Assembly (NCBI RefSeq): GCF_018350175.1
Contig: NC_058368.1
Span: forward strand, 63,800,001 to 63,864,000
Source of the DNA: Felis catus
Lineage: Eukaryota
DNA: 64,000 nucleotides
Direction: 5' to 3'
Every line of letters begins with the position of its first letter. Within the stretch, counting starts at the first letter, position 1. Shown piece by piece: positions 1 through 11,500 of this stretch. The translations under genes were made by a program, and so were the position numbers. Under the pieces are notes generated by a model. That model made no database searches and was not told the DNA's origin. It saw only the letters and a list, made by a program, of their open reading frames with translations.

Positions 1-25
1 ACTGACTGAGCCACGCAGTCATCCC
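1..25 (-). mobile_element. 5' tip of a CAN-SINE running off the window
   Basis: actgactgagccacgcagtcatccc resembles the reverse complement of the SINE head ggggcgcctgggtggctcagtcggt. Confidence 0.6.
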
Positions 26-324
26 TGTAGCTAGAATTCTAATTAACCCTACCAGAGCATCTCAGTAAGAAGACCCAGATGCTTCTCCTCTTCCTGAGAG
101 TGGTACTCTTTAATCACTTTGTTCATGGCTACATCATGAGAATTTATGACAAAAATCATTTTAGGAATTTGTGTAAAATAGTGTGAATCCTTGATGATAA
201 AGGATTTCCTTATTCTATAATAGTATTTCCAATATTACTAAAGTTTTTACATGAGAAATGAAGTCTAGTCAGTCATCCAAATTTATGTTTCTGTATCTGT
301 GAAACACCCAGCTGTCATGTGGGA

Positions 325-508
325 CTGTATTTCTCAAACTTTAGCAAAAAAATCACTCATAGAGCTTGTTATAATATAGACCTTTGGGCTATACCCCCAG
401 AGGTTTTGACTCAGTTGATCTGTGGGGGACGCACAGATTTGCACTTTCATCAAGAGCCCTGGTGATAGTGATGATGTCCTTCTAAGGACCACACTTGGGA
501 TAACATTG
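325..508. mobile_element. MER5A-like hAT-Charlie MITE
   Basis: tttctcaaacttt...agagcttgttataatatagac...ccccagaggttttgactcagt...ggaccacacttgggataacattg follows MER5A organisation. Confidence 0.75.
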
Positions 509-1082
509 ATGTAGACCAGACTTCCTAGTGATCATTTGTCCTAAGTTACCTGGTAACAAACATGTCAATAGTAGGTAATGTCAACCCTGTTCATTTAAAG
601 AGAATAAAAACAAATCAGAATATTGGTAATTTTTTGGTTTTTAAATGTTGTATTAATACGTATATAAAACGAAAGAGGAGTGGTTTTGGTAAAAGGTTTT
701 CAAAGATATAGCCCAGAAATATTATATTAGGGAAAAAGATAGCTTAGGATATTTGAAGCAAAGTATTATAGAAAATTGTCTTTCCCCAAATTATGCAACT
801 AGTTATCTTTGCCAAAGATTCACTATAATACCAATTTAAAATTACTTTTAAAGATTCCTGATATGGAAAATGAGTCCTCATTATGGTTGGATGAAAACAT
901 TTTTTTTAACATTTAGGGAAATGTGCTTTTTACATTTGTTGTTATGTGTAACATTTACACTGAGATAACTTCTATAATTTAACTATCAATGTAATTTCCA
1001 CTGTGAGAAAACTAAGTAAATATAATGATATTTATATATGGTTATCTACCTTTGGATTATGGTTATTTAAAACCATTATTTG

Positions 1083-1580
1083 AGCCTGGGTGGCTCAGTT
1101 GGTTGAGCATCTGACTCTTGATTTCGGTTCAGGTCTTGATCACAGGGTCATGGGATCAAGCCCTGTGTCAGGCTCTGTGGGCTCTGCTTAAGATTCTCTC
1201 TCTTAGGAAAATACAAATCAAAACCATGATAAGACATAAGCTTACACCTGTCAAATGGCTAAAATTAACAACATAAGAAACAACAGGTGTTAGCAACGAT
1301 GTGGAGAAAGGGGAACCCTCTTGCACTGTTGGGGGGAAGACAAACTGGTGCAGCCACTCTTGAGAACAGTGTGGAAATTTCTCACAAAACTAAAAATAGA
1401 GCTACCCTATGATCCAGCAATTACACTATTAGGTATTTATCCAAAGGTTATGAAAATGCAGATTCAAAGCTGTACATGCACCCCAATGTTTATAGCAGCA
1501 TTGTCAACAATAGCCAAACTATGGAGAGAGCCTAAATATCCATCAACTGATGAATGGTGAAAGAAGTTGGCATACACACA

Positions 1581-1611
<31 letters not shown>

Positions 1612-2047
1612 GACTATTATTCAGCCTTTGAAAGCAATGAAATCTTGCATTTACAACAACCTGGATGGAACTAGAGTGTATTACGCTAAGTGAAATAAGT
1701 CAATCAGAGAAAGACAAAAGCCATATGATTTCACTCATATGTGGAATTTAAGAAACAAAACAGATGAACACATGGGAAGGGTGGAAGAAGAGAAGAGAGG
1801 GAAACTACAAGAGACTCCTAAAGGTAGAGAACAAACAGGGTTGATGGAAGGAGACGGATGGGAGACGGGCTAGACAGGTAATGGGTATTACAGAGGGCAC
1901 TTGTGGTGATGAGCACTGGGTGTTGTATGTAAGTGATGAGTCACTGAATTCTACTTCTGAGACCAATATTGCACTATGTGTTAAGAAAATAAAATTAATG
2001 TTCTTAAAAAGATTCTTTCTCTCTTCCCCTCTCCCCTGCTTGCACAT

Positions 2048-2093
<46 letters not shown>

Positions 2094-2111
2094 AAATAAA
2101 AAATAAAATAA
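1083..2111 (+). mobile_element. CAN-SINE split by the L1 insertion (head 1083-1203; CT tract and A tail 2009-2111)
   Basis: The head gcctgggtggctcagttggttgagcatctgactcttgatttcgg precedes the L1; (CT)n and aaataaa follow it. Confidence 0.88.
1204..2008 (+). mobile_element. 5'-truncated L1 (ORF2 C-terminus plus 3'UTR) inserted into a CAN-SINE
   Basis: ORF 1321-1560 ([19 protein letters not shown]) is L1 ORF2 C-terminus. Flanked by aagattctctctct (1190-1203) and aagattctttctct (2009-2022). Confidence 0.92.
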
Positions 2112-2143
2112 GCAAAATCATTATTTAAATAATATAACATATT

Positions 2144-2365
2144 GGGGCACCTGTGCAGCTCAGTTGGTTAAGCATCCAACTCTTGATTTCAGCTCAGGTC
2201 ATGAGCTCATGGTTGGTTATGCGATTGAGCCCTGTGTCAGCCTCCATGCTGAGTGTGAAAGCTGGTTAAGATTCTCTCTCTCCCTCCCCCTCTACCCCTC
2301 CCCCATTGTTGCATGCACATGTGCTCTCTCTCTCTCAAAAAGAATAAATAAAGGGTTTAAAAAAG
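2144..2365 (+). mobile_element. CAN-SINE (older subfamily)
   Basis: ggggcacctgtgcagctcagttggttaagcatcc head, CT tract, aataaataaa tail. Confidence 0.9.
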
Positions 2366-3249
2366 ATTTAAATAACATAAAGTACAAATCCCATTTTTTA
2401 ATGATAAAGCAGATAAAGAACTCAGAATTCTTAATCTAACATTTCATAAATAACTGTTTATTTTTCACAATCAATAAAATATTGATTACATACAAAGCAC
2501 TAGTCCAGCAATCTGTTGGGCAATCTGAGATAAAAATTATAAAAGACATCGATTCTGCCTTCCATCCATGCTCATGGTATAGCATATGCAGATTCCCAAA
2601 TCCAGTGTATAAGGCAATATGCTTTAGTTGTTTGGAAAAGGAGAGAAATGTCATTTGAAATGACCAAAAAGAGGTGTAGAATTCATAAAAATATGTGTAT
2701 GTGTCTGTCAGTGTGAGTGGGTGAGTGTGAGTAAAAGTGGAGAGGAATTAGGGACATTTGCAATTCAAACTAGTGATCACATCATATATTCTGAAAATAC
2801 TGTTTATTTTAAATCTTCATAACTTACCCATAAAATTATTATTTGTTAAAATTAAGAGGTTATTAAAACAAAATAATGAAAGAAAATATTTATAAGGGAA
2901 ATAGCAAACTAAGGAACAAGGTATATAATATATGTGTGGTGTGTACATGTGTGCATGTATGAGTGTGTATCTCAAATTTACTTATGAAATTCATTCATCT
3001 GAGTGTTTACTCTGTTCCTATGCAGGATATACATTTGGCAGACGTATCAAGAATAAATATAATATAAACCTCCATATTAATCATCCATGGAAGGTGCTTG
3101 TTGCTTTATGGAGAACGTACACCTCTGTAGGTTAACCCTGTCACTGATAGCAGAGTATAACATTCTGCATTTGACCCTTGGATTAAAATTTATGTTTTGT
3201 GCCATTATTTAAGGTGAAAGGTTATTTTTAAAGGTATTGTTTGATAGGA

Positions 3250-3688
3250 ACTTTCAGGTTTGCATGAGAATTGGCCTCACAGATCTCCACCTGCAGGGAG
3301 CTGACCTGCCTGAGGGCCAAGGAGGTGAACTCTGACATTTATTACTCCATTCCTACAGAGGCCATGCCTCCATGGGCTGTTCCCCATCAGTCATGAGTGA
3401 GTGTGGCAGGGTGATTAAGTCAGGCTTGTTTCTGGGAGACACGAGAGGGACTCCTGTGACTCTTGACTTTGGCTCCTGGCTGCCATGACATCTTCCTTAG
3501 AAGACAACAGACTGCAACACTTCTCTCGGACCTTCTCTCCTTCACTGGGGGCTGACTCGCATCACAGTTTGAAAGCTCTCCCAGCGTTTCCTGGCTCCCT
3601 CCCAATTTTCTCTTACTGGTATATCCCTAGTAAGATCCTTGCAAGTAATTCCGTATTGGCATCTGCTTTTTAGAGGGCCCTGCCTAAC
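3250..3688 (+). mobile_element. ERVL solo LTR (LTR16-like)
   Basis: 3' part tccttgcaagtaattccgtattggcatctgctttttagagggccctgcctaac resembles the LTR16 terminus; left boundary approximate. Confidence 0.65.
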
Positions 3689-3689
3689 T

Positions 3690-4149
3690 GTATTGTCAGA
3701 GTTCTGCCAGAGAAACAGAACCAGTAGGATATGTGTCTAAAATGAGGAATTGGTTCATGTGATTATGGAAACTAAGTCCCATGATCTGTTCTCTGTACAC
3801 TAGAGACCCAGAAGAGCTGATGATACAGTTCTGTCGCAGTCCAAAGGTCTGAAAAGCTGAAGGCTGATGGTATAAGTTCCAGTCCAAAGACAAGAGAAGA
3901 CTAATGTCCCAGCGGAGCACACAAAGAGAACATTCTCTATTCTTCTGCATTTTTGTTCTGTTCAGGCCCTCAGCAGAGGGGATGATGCCCCCCCACATTG
4001 GGGAGAGACATAGTTTTTACCCAGTGCATTGATTTAAGTGCTGACCTCTTCCATAAACACCCAAACAGACACACCTAGAAATCATATCCAACCAGATATT
4101 TGGGTACCCCTTTACCCAATCAAGTTGACACATAAAACTTACCATCACA
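3690..4149 (-). mobile_element. MLT2-family ERVL solo LTR
   Basis: cagagttctgccagagaaacagaaccagtagga ... aagttgacacataaaacttaccatcaca, typical reverse-strand MLT2 ends. Confidence 0.85.
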
Positions 4150-5019
4150 CCAATACACTGTATCAGGGACGGTATAACCACGGACCAAAGAGACATACAC
4201 TCAAACAAATGTGAGACCACTAATGTAGGCTGTAATTTCTTCTCTGATCTCAGTGTCAGTTGTCCAATCTGAAAGGTGCTCACCCTCCAGCTCTGTGAGC
4301 CATCTCTGTGAACCTTTCCTTCCATTTTTATTCACTTAGTGCTGATCTTCTTCCATTGGAACTTTTGGGTAAGATTTTACACTAGTATGGAAAACTTCCT
4401 TAGTGTACACAGTGCTATTTCAATTCCAGGATGCTTCCTTTTAGCCTTTTCATTCATTTATCCAACATTTATTGCAAATCGATTTTATGTCAGGTATGAT
4501 CCTAGACCCTGGAGCTATGTGTTGGACATAAAGATTTATTACATGAGTGGCACAATTTTTCTTCCCATTAAAAGCAAAATAATACTGTCTTCAATTGCAT
4601 TAAGATTGTTTTTGTTTTTTGTTTTTGTTTTTGTTTTTTTTGTAATGAAACAGGTTAAGTACCATTAAAAAACAAAAGCAAAATGTGAAATTCCCATTCT
4701 GTTATACATTAAACAATGGGAAAGTCAGTTCTATTACTTGATACATATAATTGGTTTTTCTGGGCACAGGTAGTGATTGAGAAGGCCTCTTAAGATTCAG
4801 GTCACTTTTACTATTTTATTTTATAAGTATAGTATGTTTATTACGAAAAGTAGAAGATACAGATAAGGTAACAGAACAAAAGCATAAGTAAGTTCTCTAT
4901 GATTCTAGCATCTAGAAATACTCACTGTTAACTTTGTCCTGGGTAGCCTTCTAGATTTTTTTTACCATAAAACATATACACTCACTTACTCATACACACA
5001 CATGCATGCTCAGATATAT

Positions 5020-5385
5020 TACCATCATTCATTTTCCTGTACATTTACTGAACAACTGTTCTGTGCCAGGCACCGTGTAAGACCTGTGGAGGCAGAGCAG
5101 AAGGAAAACATCACTCCCACCATCCTGGAACATGAGTTGCAATAGTGTAGTATCTCTGCAGTGGTCTCTTGGGTCTGTTGAGTGACATCCCTCTCTGTCC
5201 TTGAGTGATATCTTTCCACTGTCTATCACTGGACACCCCACAATCCATAGCTGAGACTTCTTCCATGTCTTTAAAATGGGGTAATAGCAGTAACAGCCAC
5301 ACAGCTCCTAGTGCATATACAATGAGCTCATATACAGCACAGTGTGCAGTCCATGGAAAGTGCTGAGCCATCGTTGTTATTATTA
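5020..5385. mobile_element. L2 3' relic (about 5020-5110) and MIR relic (about 5240-5385)
   Basis: catttactgaacaactgttctgtgccaggcaccgtg (L2 tail); tctttaaaatggggtaatagcagta (MIR core). Confidence 0.55.
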
Positions 5386-5859
5386 CATCACTGGTTGTGC
5401 CTTCCTGGTATTACTTAGAGATCATTAGCTACCATAATACTGACCAATCCTTAGTTCTACTCACTCTGGATTATGCTCCAAACTGCCCTGTGACTGTGAT
5501 CAAGACTTATTACTTAGAACCACGGTGAGTTGTTCTGTCCACAGCATGTGTTGTGCAGAACACATCTGTGGTTATCAATGGCTACAGAGACCTTTTTGTT
5601 TACCTGAGTTGTGGCATCTTGAAGCATGGCTGCAGAACTCCCCTATGTGCCCTACTCCGACCCCAGTGCTCTCTCAAATGAATTTTAGTGTATTCCACAT
5701 GGATTTTGTTTTTCAGAAGTTTTCAGAAGTATCCCGAACACATCATGTACGTTGGGTGGAGTTTTCCAAGCAGTAACAAATCACCAAAAACTTAATTTTA
5801 TTGCTAATGATGACTATCATCAACTTTATAAAATGCATAGCTTTTATAAAAAAGAAACT

Positions 5860-6245
5860 TTTTATTTTGAAATAATTATAAACTCATGAGAAGTTCCAAA
5901 AATAGTATGGAGAGTGCCTTCAACCCTCTGCCCAGTGGCCTCCAAAGGGGATACCCACCTCCTGTAACGCAACAGCAAAACCAGAAAACAGCATTGGAAC
6001 AAGCTGATGCTGATAACTGGGCTTCTATGCAGTGTGGTTCTATGCTGTGTGATCACATGTTTAGGTTTTATAACCACAGCGGTCAAGGTACAGAACTCCA
6101 TCACCCCAGAGGAACTCCCTTTGCCACTCCTTATGGTTCTCTCACCACCACCCCGTCCCCGCCTGAATTCCAGTCCCCAACAACCAGCCTGTTCTCCATC
6201 TTCACAGTCCTGTCCTTTTAATAATGTTACATGCAGTCACGTAGT
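5860..6245 (-). mobile_element. Old L1M (L1MC/MD-like) 3' fragment
   Basis: ttttattttgaaataattataaactcatgagaagttccaaaaatagtatggagag, typical reverse-strand L1M 3' terminus. Confidence 0.7.
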
Positions 6246-8123
6246 ATTGCAGTATAGTAGTATTCCAAGTAACCTTGGAAATTGACTTTTTCACAAAATA
6301 TGCTCTTTTAAAACATACTCTTTTTTTCTTGACTATACGCCACAAACATCTTTCCATTAAACTTGCTTTACCATCTATTTCCATTTGTTCTTTTATGTAG
6401 GAAAACAAAACAAAACAAAATTTAGCAAATAAACACTGCAAGACAAGATGACAGAACTTTGAAAGAAAAATAAAATTGCCTGGAGCTTGTCAAAGATAAT
6501 GAAGGTACATGGTTTTCAACATACCCTTAATTAACACCAGTAAAACCATTTTTTCTTAACCTGAAAGTGAAAGCAGATATTTGGTCCTAGTTGCCTCTGA
6601 CTATTTCACATTAGACTCCTAGGAAAGCAAATAGAAAACAAAAATGCCAGTTGAAAATAATTCTCATAAGCTTTTTAACATAGAAGGCTGAAAGCCATTT
6701 GCTCTACATGGGGGAAAAAATCTTAATTTTAGCGAAATAAAATTTCATGATTAAATTGAAAAAAAATTTTATTTAAATGGTTTTCATTTCAAAAACTATC
6801 CAACAGATTTCAGCAAAGACTTTCTCTTCAAAGTCATTATTAATATTGAGTATATTTCTAACATTGCTGAATATTCAGCAAGTCATTGATATAAATTCAA
6901 GTAATTCAAATGTCAGGCTGAGTTCTCAGTAGTGATTTACATTGGCAAGAGTTTTATGAGAGTGCATTATTAGTTTGCTGACTGCCTTAATATATAAAGG
7001 TTATAAAAGAATTTTATCCAACAGTTATGAATTTTAGCATACCACCAGGTAAATATAAATAACCGAAAGAATGCATGTGGCTTTCAAACTTCGGCAGAAA
7101 TGGTCAGAGTGATTCAGGCTCTCAAATTATGGACACCCTTTTTTTCTCATTAAATGGTGTATATAGTCTTCTCACATTCTGAATGAAAATGTCTCTGATA
7201 ATTTTTTTGGCAGAATTACAGAATCCTGAAATTCACTTTGGTTTATCAGCATTACCTTTCCTTACTGTATCTCTAATATCTCCACCAATACCCTGAGTTT
7301 AACTAACTATATGTGTACTCTGGGCACTTCAACTTATAAAACCATTTGTATGTTTTTAAACTATCAAACTAAAGAATTTGTCCATGTAGGTATTATTGTA
7401 ATTCAGATGGTGCCCGCAAGAGTCTCACAGGATGATTAAATTTGGGTGTTTCACTGCCTCAGATTTGATTTTTTAATTTGCATGCTTAAGCACACAACTT
7501 TATTAGTTTCCCCAGAATCAATCAGTTGGGTGTCAGATTTAAAATAAACTGATTTATAAAATGAATGTATTATGTTAATTATGGAATTCTAAACATGTGT
7601 TTCTATTTGGCACACTCTTCTGGTGTCTTCAAAGTTGTCTTCTTAGGAGATGAAGTTATGGAGAAGGAGCTTGCTTGTTGGACAATGAATCAAAGTAAAG
7701 TGATTTGGCTGTTTCTTGACACTGGTTCTCAAAGTTTTATTTGAGAACTTGGGAATGAGAAAGATAACAGATTCTTTGCTCCTATATCCAGGATTCTGAT
7801 TTAGGAAGTCTGGCCTCTTGTATCTATTAATGAGCATATTGAGATTATTCCTATGCCATTGAGCAGAGAAGCATTTCTGTAAGTGGTGTACCCATCCATC
7901 TGTGTAGTCCGCTGGTCAACTCAAAGGGTATTTCTACACAGTACAATTCATGTTAACCAAAGCATTCTTTTCCCGGGAAGTGTTGAAAACACTTTTCTTC
8001 TCTCCCCATTCCCTTCCTTCTCCCATTATTTTTATAAACATTCTCATTAGTTTCCGAAGTTAAAACATCATAGGTAGTTCACAACTAATTAAATTACATC
8101 TTCTATTAGTTTTTACTTAAAAA

Positions 8124-8512
8124 TTTTTTTCTTTTGATTTAACTTTATTTTTTATTTTTTAAAATTTACATCCAAATTAGCTGGTATATAGGGAAGCAAT
8201 GATTTCAGTAGATTCCTTAATGCCCCTCACCCATTTAGCCCATCCCCCCTCCCACAATGCCTCCAGCAACCCTCAGTTTGTTCTCCATATTTATGAGTCT
8301 CTTCTGTTTTGTCCCCCTCCCTGTTTTTATATTATTTTTGTTTCCCTTCCCTTATGTTCATCTGTTTTGTCTCTTAAAGTCCTCATATAAGTGGTCATAA
8401 TGATTTTTGTATTTCTCTGACTAATTTCACTTAGTGTAATACCCTCCAGTTCCATCCACGTAGTTGCATATGGCAAGATTTCATTCTTTTTGATTGCCGA
8501 GTAATACTCCAT

Positions 8513-8569
<57 letters not shown>

Positions 8570-11500
8570 TTTCTTTATCCATTCATCCATCGACAGACAT
8601 TTGGGCTCTTTCCATACTTTGGCTATTGTTGATAGTGCTGGTATAACTATGGGGGTGCATGTGTCCCTTCGAAATAGCATTCCTGTATCCCTTGGATAAA
8701 TGCCTAGTAGAGCAATTGCTGGGTCAGACGGTAGTACTGTTTTTAGTTTTTTGAGGAACCTCCATACTGTTTTCCAGAGTGGCTGCTCCAGGTTGCATTC
8801 CCACCAACAGTGCAAAAGAGCTCCTCTTTCTCCGCATCCTCGCCAACATCTGTTGTTGCCTGAGTTGTTAATGTTAGCCATTCTGACAGGTGTAAGGTGG
8901 TATCTCATTGTGGTTTTGATTGTATTTCCTTGGTGATGAGTGATGTGGAGCATTTTTTCATGTGTCGGTTGGCCCTCTGGATGTCTTCTTTGGAGAAGTG
9001 TCTATTCGTGTCTTTTGCCCATTTCTTCACTGGATTGTTTTTTGGGTGTTGAGTTTGATAAATTCTTTGTAGATTTTGGATACTAACCCTTTATCTGATA
9101 TGTCATTTGCAAATATCTTCTCCCGTTCTGTCGGTTGCCTTTTAGTTTTGCTGATTATTTCCTTCACTGTGCAGAAGCTTTTTATTTTGATGAGGTCCCA
9201 GTAGTTCATTTTTGCTTTTGTTTTCCTTGCCTCTGGAGATGTGTTGAGTAAGAAATTGCTGCGGGCAACATCAAAGAAGTTTTTGCTTATTTCTCCTCAC
9301 GGATTTTGATGGCTTCCTGTCTTACATTGAGGTCTTTCATCCACTTTGAGTTTATTTTTGTGTGTGGTGTAAGAAAGTGGTCCAGGTTCATTCTTCTCCA
9401 GTTTTCCCAGCACCACTTGCTGAAGAGACTGTCTTTATTACATGGGATATTCTTTCCTGCTTTGTCAAAGATTAGTTGGCCATACATTTGTGGGTCCATT
9501 TCTGGGTTCTCTATTCTGTTCCATTGATCTGAGTGTCTGTTCTTGTGCCAGTACCATACTGTCTTGATGGTTACAACTTTGTAGTATAGCTTGAAGTCTG
9601 GGATTGTGATGTCTCCTGCTTTGGTTTTCTTTTTCAAGATAGCTTTGATCTTTTTCAAGATCAGGGTCTTTTCTGGTTCCATACAAATTTTAGGATTATT
9701 TGTTCTAGCTCTGTGAAGAATGCTGGTGTTATTTTCATAGGGATTGCATTGAATATGTAGATTGCTTTGGGTAATATCGACATTTTAACAATATTTGTTC
9801 TTCCTATCCAGGAGCATGGAATCTTTTTCCATTTTTTTGTGTCTTCTTCAATTTCTTTCATAAGCTTTCTATAGTTTTCAGTGTATAGATTTTTCACCTC
9901 CTTGGTTAGATTTATTCCTAGGTATTTTATGTTTTTTGTGCAACTATAAATGGGATCGATTCCTTGATTTCTCTTTCTGTGGCTTCATTGTTGGTGTATA
10001 GGAATGCAGCCAATTTCTGTGCATTGATTTTATATCCTGCAACTTCTGCTGAATCAATTCTAGCAGAATCTTGGTGGAATCTTTTGGGTTTTCCATATAG
10101 AGTATCTTGTCATCTGTGAATAGTGAAAGTTTGACCTCCTCCTGGCTGATTTGGATGCCTTTTATTTCTTTGTGTTGTTTGATTGCAGAGGCTAAGACTT
10201 CCAATACTATGTTGAATAACAGTGGCGAGAGTGGACATCCCTGTCTTGTTCCTGACCTTAGGGGGAAAGCTGTCAGTTTTTCCCCCTTGAGGATGATATT
10301 AGCGTTGGGTTGTTCATATATGACTTACATGATCTCGAGGTGTGCTCCTTAAATCCCTGCTTTCTTGAGGGTTTTTATCAAGAAAGGATGCTGTATTTTG
10401 TGAAATGCTTTCTCTGCATCTATTGAGAGGATCATATGGTTCTTGTCATTTCTTTTATTGATGTGATGAATCACGTTAACTGTTTTGCAGATATTAAACC
10501 TGCATCCCAGGTATAAATCCCACTTAGTCGTGTTGAATACTTTTTTTAATGTATTGTTGGATCCAGTTGGCTACTATCTTGTGGAGGATTTTTACATCCA
10601 TGTTCATCAGGGAAATTGGCCTATAGTTCTCTTTTTTAGTGGGGTCTTTGTCTGGTTTTAGAATCAAGGTAATGCTGGCTTCATTGAAAGAGTTTGGAAG
10701 CCTTCCTTCCATTTCTATTTTTTGGAACAGCTTCAAGAGAATAGGTGTTAACTCTTCCTTAAATGTTTGGTAGAATTCCCCTGGAAAGCCATCTGGTCCT
10801 GGACTCTTGTTTTTTGGCAGATTTTTGATTACTAATTCGATTTCCTTACTGGTTATGGGTCTGTTCAATTTTTCTATTTCTTTGTGTTTCAGTTTTGGTA
10901 GTTTATATGTTTCTAGGAATTTGTCCATTTCTTCCAGATTGCCCATTTTGTTGGCATATAATTGCTCATAATATTCTCTTATTATTGTTTTTATTTCTGT
11001 TGTGTTGGTTGTGATCTCTTCTCTTTCATTCTTGATTTTACTTATTTGGGTCTTTCCCTTTTCTTTTTTTATCAAACTGGCTAGTCGTTTATCAATTTTG
11101 TTAATTCTTTCAAAGAACCAGCTTCTGGTTTCTTTGATCTGTTCTACTGTTTTTTTGGTTTCGAAAGCATTGATTTCTGCTCTAATATTTATTATTTCCT
11201 GTATTCTGCTGGTTTAGGGTTTTATTTGCTGTTCTTTTTCCAGCTTATTAAGGCATAAGGTTAGGTTGTGTATCTGAGATCTTCCTTCTTTAGGAAGGCC
11301 TGGATTGCTATATACTTTCCTCTTATGACTGCCTTTGCTGCATCCCAGAGGTTTTGGGTTGTGGTGTTATCATTTTCATTGACTTCCGTATACTTTTTAA
11401 TTTCCTCTTTAACTGCTTGGTTAGCCCATTCGGTCTTTAGTAGGATGTTCTTCAGTCTCCAAGTATTTGTTACCTTTCCAAATTTTTTCTTGTGGTTTAT

